From Bacteroidales bacterium UBA5219 (lineage in GTDB: Bacteria > Bacteroidota > Bacteroidia > Bacteroidales > ML635J-15), in contig DHVB01000054.1 in NCBI GenBank assembly GCA_002412425.1, forward strand, positions 9,245-73,244: a stretch of DNA of 64,000 nucleotides. Reading direction: 5' to 3'. Of the stretch, positions 9,506 through 19,352 are shown piece by piece. The stretch's first letter is position 1. Every line of letters begins with the position of its first letter. The translations under genes were made by a program, and so were the position numbers. A model generated the notes under the pieces. It had not been told where the DNA came from. It was given only the letters and a program-made list of their open reading frames with translations, and searched no databases.

Positions 9506-11200
9506 TTATAATTTTATGAATTTGGTAGTAAAAATTGTTTTTCCCGATTTCGCAATAATTGAATAAAGACCAGATTTCAAATCTGAAATATCAATTCCAG
9601 AAATTTCCCAGTTTATATCTGTAATTTCTACATTTAATTTTTTAATTATTTGACCAAATTGGTTATAAATTTCTATTTCATAATTATCATTAGGAAGATT
9701 ATTACTAATAAAATACAAAATGTTTGTTGCTGGATTAGGAAAAGCTTTAATGTATTGGTCTTTAGGCAATTCTGTTGTGTTTGAAGTGCTTTTAATTGTG
9801 AAGCTAAACGGATCGGCTTGACCAATATAGGGTAGTGTTTCAGTTTTTGGTCTGTTATCTTTAGCTTGAATATAATATCTTATAGTATCACCTTGATTCA
9901 AATTATTTAAGCTAATGTTATACGTGTTACCAGAAATATTTTCCATTTCAAGTTCTACAAATTCTTCATTATTTACGCTATAAATCAGTTTAACTTCTGT
10001 AATTGAATTTGAGTTGTTAAAGGAATATATTTCGGCATTAAAATCATATGTTTCTTGAAAATTAATTTCTTCGACATAGGGTAGGTGGGCAATTTTAAGC
10101 ATTTCAAAATCAGGAACTTCGTGAGTTCTGCAGTGAAGTGCATCTGTACTAAACCATTTATTATACTCAATTCCAATTATTTCATAACCTGGCATTGCTT
10201 CTTCATAAACTGTTGCCGCATCTGCGTTAAAAGCTCCTGGATTTCCTGTGTTAAAAGGTATAAAAACTTTATTGTTTACAATTAAAGAATTTGTGTAAGC
10301 ATTTCTGTCCATACCCCAATTTGTGCGGAAAACTTTGTATTTGTTACCATAGCTAGTAGTTTGGTTTGCCCAATAATCTGCCATAGCTTCAAATTCTGCA
10401 TATCTTGAGTCGCTTGCAGGAACACGAGTGATAAGAATTTTGTCAACTGCCAAAAATTTTCCCCAGCAATCTATATGTTCTATATAATCATTTAGAGGAT
10501 CATTAACGAGATGGTAATTTTCAATACCTATATAATCTAGTACTAATTCACTTATTTCTTGTTGGTTCAAACTAGAATTTTCGGTATAAACTAAATCGCA
10601 AGAAGCTGCTATTCCAAGACCGTCAGTCATATAATTTCCACCAGTGTGAACTAAATTCATTCCGAAAACTTCCATATTCCAATACTCGCCAAGAACAATA
10701 GGAAGATTGTCATCATTTGTTCTGTCTGGACGATTATAAGGAAAGTCAACTATGCCAACTTTATTATTTTCTCCATATTCAATAAAAATGGGACTAAAAT
10801 CTCTTGTCCATTGAGAGTCAATAGGAGCATTTACAAAACTTACATTTTCCATGTTTACTCCATTATTTTGGAGCTGAGATGAAGCATATGATTGAGCAAA
10901 AGATGAACAAACTATATAAACCTTTACATATTGCGATAGTTGTGAAATTAAGGAATATGGGACAGCAAAATTATTTGGAAAAGCAATTATAACTCCTTGA
11001 TTTGGTTCAAATTCAGCAATACTTCTTGTGCCACCAACAGGAGGGGCAGTGTAGCTAAAAGCACGATTTCTGTAGCTTGTTTTGAACTCTTCTGGCGAGT
11101 TCATGTGGTATTTACTACGTTCAGCTTCAGTAAATTCTCTTTGAGCAAATAGCCCTAAATTTAGAAAAATGAAAAAAACTGAAAATATAATCTTATTCAT
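9506..11200 (-). CDS. Secreted Porphyromonas-type peptidylarginine deiminase (PPAD-like) with Ig-like domain and T9SS type A CTD
   Basis: Signal peptide FA|Q; WTRD, YNRPDRTNDD, TGGNYMTDG, HIDCWGKFL, YTNS, DALHCRTHEV; C-terminal FPNPA...GLY...KFIKL. Confidence 0.88.
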   Translation of the reverse strand: MNKIIFSVFFIFLNLGLFAQREFTEAERSKYHMNSPEEFKTSYRNRAFSYTAPPVGGTRSIAEFEPNQGVIIAFPNNFAVPYSLISQLSQYVKVYIVCSSFAQSYASSQLQNNGVNMENVSFVNAPIDSQWTRDFSPIFIEYGENNKVGIVDFPYNRPDRTNDDNLPIVLGEYWNMEVFGMNLVHTGGNYMTDGLGIAASCDLVYTENSSLNQQEISELVLDYIGIENYHLVNDPLNDYIEHIDCWGKFLAVDKILITRVPASDSRYAEFEAMADYWANQTTSYGNKYKVFRTNWGMDRNAYTNSLIVNNKVFIPFNTGNPGAFNADAATVYEEAMPGYEIIGIEYNKWFSTDALHCRTHEVPDFEMLKIAHLPYVEEINFQETYDFNAEIYSFNNSNSITEVKLIYSVNNEEFVELEMENISGNTYNISLNNLNQGDTIRYYIQAKDNRPKTETLPYIGQADPFSFTIKSTSNTTELPKDQYIKAFPNPATNILYFISNNLPNDNYEIEIYNQFGQIIKKLNVEITDINWEISGIDISDLKSGLYSIIAKSGKTIFTTKFIKL

Positions 11201-11210
11201 AATTGAGTTT

Positions 11211-14200
11211 TTATTTATTTATAATCAATCTTGAATTTAAAGTTTCTTGATTTGTGCTTACTGTAACAATATAAACTCCATTTGTAAAGTTTTGAGTGTT
11301 AATCAAAATATTGTTTTCACCAGAATAAATATTTATAGGATTAGCAAACTCATACACAATTTGTCCACTTAAATTTAAAATTCTTACATTTACACTAGAA
11401 TTTTCTTTCATGTTTAAATTGAGATATGCAATGTCTTGAGCTGGATTTGGATAAATTTCAATTGAGTTTTCTAAAATGTTGGATTTTGTATTCATTACTG
11501 CCACAACATTTTGATGAGGAGGTAATTTTATATTATCCAACCAAGCACAATCTTGTCCTTGATTTAAATAAGCATCTTTTATGTATGACCATTTGAATTC
11601 GTGTTGACCAGCGCTAACATTATATGTTTCTTTTGACCAAGCTACTTCGCCTGCCCAAGCACCTTGTTCAGCATCATCAATGAAGAAAGCAAAATGGTCC
11701 CACATAAATCCCCACATAACAGGTTCGCAACTTACTTTTTTATAAAACTCAATTTGGTCATCGTTTAGAACTTGTAAATTTATAATTAATGAAGACTCTC
11801 CACCACCTGTAGGAGTTCCAGATTTGAGTGCATATTCACCTTCGTAAACTTCATCTGTAACTATAGTCCAAGGGAAGTTAGAATTATTTTCCCAATTAAA
11901 GCTAGTCATAGTATTAGATTCCCAGTCTTCAATTTGTTCGCCTACGCTAAAACCTAAACTTAAACTATCTAAATACATTCCAGCAATTAATTTAAAATCA
12001 AAATAAATAGTAGTGCCACTTGGAATTTCTTCTGCTAAGCTAATATCGAATTCAGTTATTACATCTTGGTTTTCTTCTAAGGAAGAAATATTATAAATAG
12101 AATTATTAATGCTACTAACATATTCGCTTTCACTACTAATGCTTACTGTTCCAGCAACAGAACTAGCGTGTCCAATATTTTTAGCTTGAATTTTTATTTT
12201 AAAAGTTTCTCCAGTATCAAGTGAACCATTATTATTTCCAAATTCACTGTCGTCAATAGCGTTAAATGCTAATTTCATTTTTGGAGCATTAACAGGAATA
12301 AAAACATTAGATGTCCATTCATTTGCATTGCCATCAGTGATTGTAAGAATAGTTTTAATACTAGTTTGGTCGGCTATTCCATCAACTATTGATAATTTAA
12401 AAGCATTATTTTCAGTTTTTGTTTCATCAGCATTTATTTGTCCAAAACTTTTTTGTCCTTCTAAAATTGTTCCAAGGTTTTCATCTACTATGCTTAAATT
12501 TGCAACAACAGCATTTGCAACATCAACTCCCACGTTTTTTAAAGTTTCGTTAATATAAATAGTTTCATTATAATCTGCTAAACCGTTGTTGTTGCCTTCT
12601 TCATCATTATTAATAGAATACTCTGTATGGATAACATAAGGACCTGATGGAACAATTACTAAAATTTCTTCTTGATAAGTAATTTTATTAAAAGCTGTTA
12701 TTGTTAGTAAAACTACTCCAGGTTCGGTAAGACTTTCAAAATTTATTGTTGCAACTCCTTGATTTACATAACCTGTGCCAAGAATTGTTGTTACGTCTTC
12801 GTTAAATTTTGTAATAGAAACTAAAGCATTTTCTTCGTCGCAGTTTACCTGAAATGAAGTTTCTCCAATTGTCATAACAGCATTATGGCTAATGTTCATT
12901 GCTTGAGGAGTTTTTGTTCTAACCATTAAAGATGGGTCGCCAAAAATTGTCCAAGTGTCTGCCATAGATTGCCCTTCGCCACCTGCTTCAATCATTTTGA
13001 ACATTCCATTAAACGACAAACCACCAAAAGTTCTTTTTATATTTGAAGCATATGTTTCCATTAAAATGTCAATCATTTCGTCTTGTGCAGTCATAGGTTC
13101 TGTCCACGATTGGTTGATTGTGGAACCCAAAAAAGCAATAGCTCCAGTTGGTTGATTGTTTTTTTGAGCCCTTAGCCAAGCTTCAGCAAAACAGGTTCTT
13201 CCTTTAAAATGCCCATTAACACAAGCAACACTCCAAATAAAAGGTAATTTATTTTCATTTGTTAGAGCATTAACATGTGAATTTGTAAATTCAGTATTTA
13301 CCCAAAGAGTTTCGTCACCATGTCCAATATAGTTTGCAATTCCAGTTCCAGCGTTAAAATGGTTGCTAATTTGAGTATTATTCCCTCCCTGTTGATTTAC
13401 AGATGTAATTGTGTAACCATAGTTTTGAAGTTTATTTTTAATAATATTCATATGTTGAACATCAGATTCTCCATTATGCCCTTGACCAGCACCTTCGCTT
13501 GACGCAGATGTAAAACCATTTGTTAACCAAGTGTCAGAAGCGTTTAAGTCTCTTTCATAAGTAACAGTCCTTTGAACTTGAGTTTCTATATCTACAAGAG
13601 AATTTCCCGAAAAACGACCAATAAAAATATCTGCATATTTATCATTACCAGCTAAATATGTGTAGCCATTGTCTGTATAATTTGATCCAACATTAATAGT
13701 AGGAATATCTTCAGTATCACCAACTAATAATACATAAGTTAAATCGTTATTGTTGTAATAATTTTGAATAAAATTTTTTAAATCATTTGAGTTAGTACCT
13801 ATTGTGCTAATTAAAACCATTTCAGTTTCTATACCTTTTTCAAGTTTCCATTTAATATAAGGAGTCATTGCCGAAGCATAAGCGTCTTTTGCAATAATTA
13901 AAATCTTACCGGGAGTGCCCTCTTCAATAGGTGTATATTTTGTAGATGATTTAAAATTTACAAAATGACGTTCATATAATTTGCTGAACTCATAAGATAC
14001 TTTTGAATTGTTATTTACAATTTGATTTGGAAAATTATCGTTTGTAAAAGTAATTTTTAAAATAATTTCACTATAAATTCTTAACTCTTTTTGTATAGCA
14101 TTGTAAGTGAAAGGGAAAAAGCTAATATTTACTCCTCTTGCATCACGTACAATAAATGGTTCGGAAATAAAAGCAGAATTTTGTGGAAAAAAATCGTCAA

Positions 14201-14630
14201 CAAAATATTCTCTACCATATTCATAGGGAACTGTTTCAGGGTCTTGGTTTCTATAAATTGTTCCTTTAGATGGTGCTATTTCAATATTTTCAACTGTAAC
14301 ATATTCCGAAGAAATAATATTATAAGAAAACCCTCCTTGGTTTGGAATCATTATTGAAGTTGGAATAATTGGTAAATCTGGACTTCCTTTTGGAAAATTG
14401 TTCCTTGCTTTTGGAGATCTTACTATTACTGATTCTCCTCGAGGAGTGTTAACATCTTTAAAATAATAAGAATTATTTGTTAATTTTAAAGTTAAACCTT
14501 GCGAATTTTGCTCTAAAACATTTATGCTGAAATTTTCAGATAGCTGAGAGTCTAGCTTAACTAAATTTACTTGAGAAAATAATGTTAAACTCAAGAAAAA
14601 TAAGGTAAATGATAAGATAATTTGTTTCAT
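11211..14630 (-). CDS. Gingipain-family (C25) cysteine protease: propeptide, catalytic domain, Ig-like repeats, adhesin-like domain, T9SS type A CTD
   Basis: Signal FS|Q; propeptide IAPSKG; mature-like start YTPIEE; YVLLVGD, IGRFS, NGESDVQH, GHG (His), VACVNG (Cys), STINQSW, FGDPSL; CTD IYPNPA...GVY...RLIINK. Confidence 0.92.
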   Translation of the reverse strand: MKQIILSFTLFFLSLTLFSQVNLVKLDSQLSENFSINVLEQNSQGLTLKLTNNSYYFKDVNTPRGESVIVRSPKARNNFPKGSPDLPIIPTSIMIPNQGGFSYNIISSEYVTVENIEIAPSKGTIYRNQDPETVPYEYGREYFVDDFFPQNSAFISEPFIVRDARGVNISFFPFTYNAIQKELRIYSEIILKITFTNDNFPNQIVNNNSKVSYEFSKLYERHFVNFKSSTKYTPIEEGTPGKILIIAKDAYASAMTPYIKWKLEKGIETEMVLISTIGTNSNDLKNFIQNYYNNNDLTYVLLVGDTEDIPTINVGSNYTDNGYTYLAGNDKYADIFIGRFSGNSLVDIETQVQRTVTYERDLNASDTWLTNGFTSASSEGAGQGHNGESDVQHMNIIKNKLQNYGYTITSVNQQGGNNTQISNHFNAGTGIANYIGHGDETLWVNTEFTNSHVNALTNENKLPFIWSVACVNGHFKGRTCFAEAWLRAQKNNQPTGAIAFLGSTINQSWTEPMTAQDEMIDILMETYASNIKRTFGGLSFNGMFKMIEAGGEGQSMADTWTIFGDPSLMVRTKTPQAMNISHNAVMTIGETSFQVNCDEENALVSITKFNEDVTTILGTGYVNQGVATINFESLTEPGVVLLTITAFNKITYQEEILVIVPSGPYVIHTEYSINNDEEGNNNGLADYNETIYINETLKNVGVDVANAVVANLSIVDENLGTILEGQKSFGQINADETKTENNAFKLSIVDGIADQTSIKTILTITDGNANEWTSNVFIPVNAPKMKLAFNAIDDSEFGNNNGSLDTGETFKIKIQAKNIGHASSVAGTVSISSESEYVSSINNSIYNISSLEENQDVITEFDISLAEEIPSGTTIYFDFKLIAGMYLDSLSLGFSVGEQIEDWESNTMTSFNWENNSNFPWTIVTDEVYEGEYALKSGTPTGGGESSLIINLQVLNDDQIEFYKKVSCEPVMWGFMWDHFAFFIDDAEQGAWAGEVAWSKETYNVSAGQHEFKWSYIKDAYLNQGQDCAWLDNIKLPPHQNVVAVMNTKSNILENSIEIYPNPAQDIAYLNLNMKENSSVNVRILNLSGQIVYEFANPINIYSGENNILINTQNFTNGVYIVTVSTNQETLNSRLIINK

Positions 14631-14659
14631 AAAAATAAAATTAAATCATATTAATTGTA

Positions 14660-14667
14660 CAAATTTA
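14660..14667 (-). promoter_or_regulatory. Sigma-A -7 box for the protease-deiminase operon (TAAATTTG)
   Basis: TAnnTTTG 30 nt upstream of the ATG at 14630. Confidence 0.55.
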
Positions 14668-14940
14668 ATACATTTTTATTCTACAAATATATACCATATA
14701 TAAATAATGTGTTAAAAAAATAAAAAATTATACAATTAGGTGTTTGAAAGCTATATTAATGAGTTTTCAAGGATTTTGTATTAATTGTACTATTTCTGTT
14801 TTTATTGTTGTAGTTTTTTTTAAAAAGTGTAAGTAAATTATTTAATTCTTTATAACAAGCAGATAATTAGATTGTTAACTTGAGGTGATTTATGTAAACA
14901 TAAAAAAATAAAAAGTTTTTTAAAATATTTCAAAAAATAA

Positions 14941-14970
14941 TTTGTTTTATTCAGAATTGTATTATTTTTG
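14941..14970 (+). promoter_or_regulatory. Sigma-A promoter for tRNA-Pro (TTTG ... TATTTTTG)
   Basis: TTTG at 14941 and TAnnTTTG at 14963-14970. Confidence 0.6.
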
Positions 14971-15075
14971 CAGTCCCAAAACAATGGGGAAGTTCTTTAA
15001 ATTAAATTTTACAAAATAGGCTTACAATAAGTTTATGGTTTAAATAAACTTTGATATGTAGGCAAACAGAAATAT

Positions 15076-15150
15076 CGGGGTGTAGCGCAGTCCGGCTAGC
15101 GCACCTGCTTTGGGAGCAGGGGGTCGCAGGTTCGAATCCTGCCACCCCGA
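15076..15150 (+). tRNA. tRNA-Pro(TGG); CCA not encoded
   Basis: Acceptor stem CGGGGTG/CACCCCG, anticodon arm CCTGC-TTTGGGA-GCAGG, T-arm GGTTCGAATCC. Confidence 0.97.
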
Positions 15151-15151
15151 C

Positions 15152-15190
15152 AATAAAAAAGCTTGACAATATTGTCAGGCTTTTTTTATT
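15152..15190 (+). terminator. Intrinsic terminator after tRNA-Pro
   Basis: AAAAAAGCTTGACA-ATAT-TGTCAGGCTTTTTTT. Confidence 0.85.
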
Positions 15191-15241
15191 ATTTAATAAT
15201 TTTTTTACATATTTTGTAATAATAAAAAGCAGGACTAACAA

Positions 15242-16693
15242 ATGATTAATGCTAGAATTATAATGTTTTTTCTTGGATCACTTTTGATAGCCGAAAGTGT
15301 TTTCATGCTTATAGCTCTTGCTGTATCTGTTATTTATTCTGGTATAGACTTTAATTATTTGTTGATTTCTGCTACAGCAACATGTCTTGCAGGCTTATTG
15401 TTAGTACTTCCAAATCTTAAAATTGATAAAAAAGTTGAAAAAAGAGAATCTTATTTAATAGTAAGTTTAGCTTGGGTATTGATGTCTTTATTTGGTGCAT
15501 TACCATTTTTTATTAGTGGATTTATTCCAAGTTTTACAGATGCTTTTTTTGAAACAATGTCGGGTTTTACGACTACAGGTGCATCAATTTTAAATAATGT
15601 AGAAGCTTTGCCTCATGGACTTTTGTTTTGGCGTAGTTTAACACATTGGATTGGCGGAATGGGAATAATAGTCTTGTCAATAGCTATAATGCCTATGTTA
15701 AAATCAGGAGGAGTACAGTTGTTTGTGGCTGAGGCACCAGGAATTTCACCAGATAAACTTCATCCTAGAATAAAAGAAACTGCAAAAAAACTTTGGATGG
15801 TTTATATGTTACTAACAGTTGTGTTGACTTGTTTGTTACATGTTTTTGGAATGGATTGGTTCGACTCGATAAATCATGCATTTTCAACAATTGCGACAGG
15901 TGGATTTTCTACAAAACAAGCAAGTGTGGCACACTGGACATCGCCTTCAATACATTATACAATAATAATGTTTATGATGCTTTCAGGTATAAATTATAGT
16001 ATGTTGTATTTTGCATTTACAGGTAAAATCAAAAAACTTATTAAAAATACTGAAGTTAAATTTTATTTGTTTTTAATCATTGGTTTTGGCTTATTAGTTG
16101 GTCTTGGACTTTGGATTTATATGGATTTGCCTCTTGAAAAAGCTTTTAGAGATGGAATGTTTCAAGTAGTGTCTGTTATGACAACAACAGGTTTTACTAC
16201 AAATGATTATATGCAGTGGCATCCAATTGGTTTGTGGTTGATATTATTATTAGTTATGCTAATTGGAGGGTCTGCAGGATCAACTAGTGGTGGAATTAAA
16301 GTCGTTAGAATACATATTCTGTTGAGAAATACTGCTCTCGAATTTAAGAGATTGTTGTTTCCAAGTGCCGTGTTACCCGTAAAATATAATAAAACTGTTT
16401 TGTCAGATAAAACAGTAAATAGTGTTTTGGCATTTGTAATATTATATGTTGTGTTAATAATATTAGGAACATTTGTTTTGTCGTTTACCGGCTTAGATTT
16501 TACAAGCTCTCTTGGAGCTGTTGTTTCAAGTATTGGTAATGTCGGAACTTCTTTAGGCGAAACAGGACCTGCTGTAGGCTTTGCAGGAGTTAGTGCTTTT
16601 GGAAAGTGGGTTTTATCTTTCTTAATGTTAGTAGGAAGGCTAGAACTCTTTACGGTGATGATTTTATTTACAAAATCATTCTGGAAAAAATAA
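15242..16693 (+). CDS. trkH: TrkH family potassium uptake protein
   Basis: FFETMSGFTTTG, WIGGMGI, ATGGFS, GSTSGGIK, GRLEL; many TM helices. Confidence 0.95.
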   Translation: MINARIIMFFLGSLLIAESVFMLIALAVSVIYSGIDFNYLLISATATCLAGLLLVLPNLKIDKKVEKRESYLIVSLAWVLMSLFGALPFFISGFIPSFTDAFFETMSGFTTTGASILNNVEALPHGLLFWRSLTHWIGGMGIIVLSIAIMPMLKSGGVQLFVAEAPGISPDKLHPRIKETAKKLWMVYMLLTVVLTCLLHVFGMDWFDSINHAFSTIATGGFSTKQASVAHWTSPSIHYTIIMFMMLSGINYSMLYFAFTGKIKKLIKNTEVKFYLFLIIGFGLLVGLGLWIYMDLPLEKAFRDGMFQVVSVMTTTGFTTNDYMQWHPIGLWLILLLVMLIGGSAGSTSGGIKVVRIHILLRNTALEFKRLLFPSAVLPVKYNKTVLSDKTVNSVLAFVILYVVLIILGTFVLSFTGLDFTSSLGAVVSSIGNVGTSLGETGPAVGFAGVSAFGKWVLSFLMLVGRLELFTVMILFTKSFWKK

Positions 16694-16703
16694 AAATCAG
16701 AGA

Positions 16704-17324
16704 TTAAAATTCAGGCTCTACGCTTCCTTGTCTGATAATTTCTGGTTCACTACCTGTGCAATCTATAATTGTAGATGCTATAAGTCCACCATAACCGCCG
16801 TCAATAACTGCATCAACAATATTTTCATATTCTTCGTAAATCAATTCAGGGTCGGTATTATATTCAATAATTTCATCGTTTGTTCTTAACGAAGTAGTTA
16901 AAATTGGATTACCCAAAGCTTTTACAATTTCTCTAATAATATTATTGTTTGGAACTCTAATTCCTATTGATTTACGATTTGCTTTCAAGATTTTTGGAAC
17001 ATTGTTGTTGGCTTCTAATATAAAGGTAAAAGGACCTGGCAAATTTCTTTTCATTAATTTGAAAATGTTGTTACTCAAAGGTTTTGTAAAATCGGAAATA
17101 TGACTTAAGTCGTAACAAATAAATGAGAAATTTGCTTTTTCAGGTTTAATACCTTTAATTAATGCTACTCTTTCAACAGCTTTTGGTTTGGTTATATCGC
17201 AACCAATACCATAAACAGTATCAGTAGGATAAATTATTACCCCGTCGTCTTTAAGAATTTCTACTATTCGATTAATATGCCTTTCCGCCGGATTTTCGGG
17301 ATGCATACGGAAAAATTCAGCCAT
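16704..17324 (-). CDS. Sua5/YciO/YrdC family protein
   Basis: YPTDTVYGIGCD, LPGPFTFIL, GIRVP, STIID, IRQG. Confidence 0.92.
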   Translation of the reverse strand: MAEFFRMHPENPAERHINRIVEILKDDGVIIYPTDTVYGIGCDITKPKAVERVALIKGIKPEKANFSFICYDLSHISDFTKPLSNNIFKLMKRNLPGPFTFILEANNNVPKILKANRKSIGIRVPNNNIIREIVKALGNPILTTSLRTNDEIIEYNTDPELIYEEYENIVDAVIDGGYGGLIASTIIDCTGSEPEIIRQGSVEPEF

Positions 17325-17325
17325 A

Positions 17326-17982
17326 TTATTTATTTAATTTATTATAGTCTTTTAAAAATTGTTCTAAGCCAATATCTGTTAAAGGGTGTTTTAATAAGCC
17401 TAAAATAGCACTTAGTGGGCAAGTAGCAACATCAGCACCCATTTCTAAACATTTGATAATGTGCATAGTGTGACGGATCGAAGCCGCTAAAACTTGAGTG
17501 TCAAATTCATAATAATTATATATATCAACAATTTGACCAATAAGTTCAATACCATCTGTGCTGTTATCGTCAAGGCGACCAATAAAAGGCGAAACATAGG
17601 TAGCACCTGCTTTTGCAGCAAGAAGAGCTTGACCAACAGAAAAAACTAAAGTACAGTTAGTGCGAATTCCTTTGTCAGAAAAATATTTTATAGCCTTAAC
17701 ACCATCTTTAATAATAGGTACTTTTACCACAATTTGTTGATGCAAAGCTGCTAATTCTTCGCCTTCTTTAATAATTCCTTCGTAATCAGTGCTAATAACT
17801 TCTGCTGAAACATCACCATCTACAATTTTACAAATTTCTAAATAATGGTTTAAAATGTTTTGCTTTCCAGAAATTCCTTCTTTCGCCATTAGGGAAGGAT
17901 TGGTTGTTACACCATCTAAAACGCCAAGAGCTTGTGCTTCTTTTATTTGGTCTAAATTTGCTGTGTCAATAAAAAATTTCAT
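17326..17982 (-). CDS. fsa: Transaldolase / fructose-6-phosphate aldolase (TalC/FSA type)
   Basis: [19 protein letters not shown] Schiff-base Lys, [21 protein letters not shown]. Confidence 0.93.
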   Translation of the reverse strand: MKFFIDTANLDQIKEAQALGVLDGVTTNPSLMAKEGISGKQNILNHYLEICKIVDGDVSAEVISTDYEGIIKEGEELAALHQQIVVKVPIIKDGVKAIKYFSDKGIRTNCTLVFSVGQALLAAKAGATYVSPFIGRLDDNSTDGIELIGQIVDIYNYYEFDTQVLAASIRHTMHIIKCLEMGADVATCPLSAILGLLKHPLTDIGLEQFLKDYNKLNK

Positions 17983-18257
17983 ATGTCTATTTTTATAATT
18001 TTTGCAAAATTACTTTATAAAATTCTATTTACATAACTTATTTGAAAGCTTTAATAAACAAATTCTTAAAAATTGTCAACAATCTCAATGAGAAAGGGAA
18101 AAATCATGCAATAAACGCTATGACAGCAACGTTTATTAATTGCAAGGTTAATTTAACAGTTTCATGTTAATAAAAACCTTGAAATAAATGGTTTAAAAGT
18201 AAAAATGTGTATAATTTCGTGAAAAAAATAAGAATATCAATAACTAAAATTTAAATT

Positions 18258-18938
18258 ATGTTATTTTTACAAGTAGATAGTTTGCAAAATGTGGCAAGCG
18301 AGGTAGCTAGCGAAGAAACTTTATCACTTTTTGAATTAGCGACTAAAGGTGGTGTGATAATGATAATATTAGGAATATTGTCAATAATTGCAGTTTATTT
18401 ATTTATAGATAGATTTATTGCTATTCAAAAAGCTCAAAAAGATCAAAAGGCTTTTATGAACAACATTAAGAACAATATCTTTGCAGGAAAAGTTGACACT
18501 GCCTTGGATTTGTGTAGAGTTCAAGAAGGTCCTTTGGCAAGAATGATTGAAAAAGGTATTAGCCGAATCGGTCGTCCTTTAAGTGATATTAATACTACTG
18601 TGGAAAATGTTGGAAAACAGGAAGTCTCAAAATTGGAAAAAGGCTTACCACTCTTAGCAACAATTGCTGGGGGAGCGCCAATGTTAGGTTTCCTTGGAAC
18701 TGTAACAGGTATGGTGTCAGCTTTTTATGCAATGGCTAATGCAGGTAATAATTTAGAGATAGGTACTTTGTCGAGCGGTATATATGAAGCCTTGGTTACA
18801 ACAGTAGGAGGACTTATAGTAGGTATTTTAGCGTATTTTGCTTATAATATTTTAGTTGCAAAAATTACTAGTCTTGTTGTTCAACTTGAAGCAAAGACTA
18901 CTGAATTTATGGATATTCTAAACGAACCTGTAAAATAA
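18258..18938 (+). CDS. exbB: MotA/TolQ/ExbB proton channel protein
   Basis: APMLGFLGTVTGM, GIYEALVTT. Confidence 0.9.
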   Translation: MLFLQVDSLQNVASEVASEETLSLFELATKGGVIMIILGILSIIAVYLFIDRFIAIQKAQKDQKAFMNNIKNNIFAGKVDTALDLCRVQEGPLARMIEKGISRIGRPLSDINTTVENVGKQEVSKLEKGLPLLATIAGGAPMLGFLGTVTGMVSAFYAMANAGNNLEIGTLSSGIYEALVTTVGGLIVGILAYFAYNILVAKITSLVVQLEAKTTEFMDILNEPVK

Positions 18939-18944
18939 AAAAAT

Positions 18945-19349
18945 ATGGCTATAAAAACCAGAAGTAAGATAAGTTCGGAAACCAGTATGTCATCAATGTC
19001 TGACTTGGTTTTCTTATTGCTTATCTTTTTTATGATAACTTCTACCATGATTGCACCAAATGCATTGAAACTATTACTTCCATCAAGTAATAGCCAAACT
19101 CAAGCAAAGCCGTTTACAACAGTATCTATTAAAGATATGAATGACGGAACTTATACATTTGCGGTTGGGATGCAAATATGTGCCGAAACAGATGTGGAGC
19201 AACTATTAAAGAAAGAACTTATAGGGCAAGAAGACCCTTATGTTTCTTTACATGTTGATAAATCTGTTCCAATGGAGCAAGTGGTAAAAGTTATGAATAT
19301 TGCAAAAAATAATAATTGGAAATTAATTTTGGCAACACAACCAGAATAA
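18945..19349 (+). CDS. exbD: ExbD/TolR biopolymer transport protein
   Basis: DLVFLLLIFFMI TM helix with the conserved Asp; follows exbB. Confidence 0.9.
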   Translation: MAIKTRSKISSETSMSSMSDLVFLLLIFFMITSTMIAPNALKLLLPSSNSQTQAKPFTTVSIKDMNDGTYTFAVGMQICAETDVEQLLKKELIGQEDPYVSLHVDKSVPMEQVVKVMNIAKNNNWKLILATQPE

Positions 19350-19352
19350 AAA

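Noticed and set aside
14649-14790. 12-bp direct repeat TATTAATTGTAC (14649 and 14779) upstream of the protease
   Set aside because: Only two copies of an AT-rich word 130 bp apart; compatible with chance
15002-15245. ORFs 15002-15241 (-) and 15051-15245 (+), and likewise 48702-48899 (-)
   Set aside because: They overlap tRNA-Pro or tRNA-Gln and are translation artefacts of the tRNA sequences
18110-18137. Inverted repeat AATAAACG...CGTTTATT between fsa and exbB
   Set aside because: Short arms, no recognised regulator consensus (not a convincing Fur box) and single occurrence
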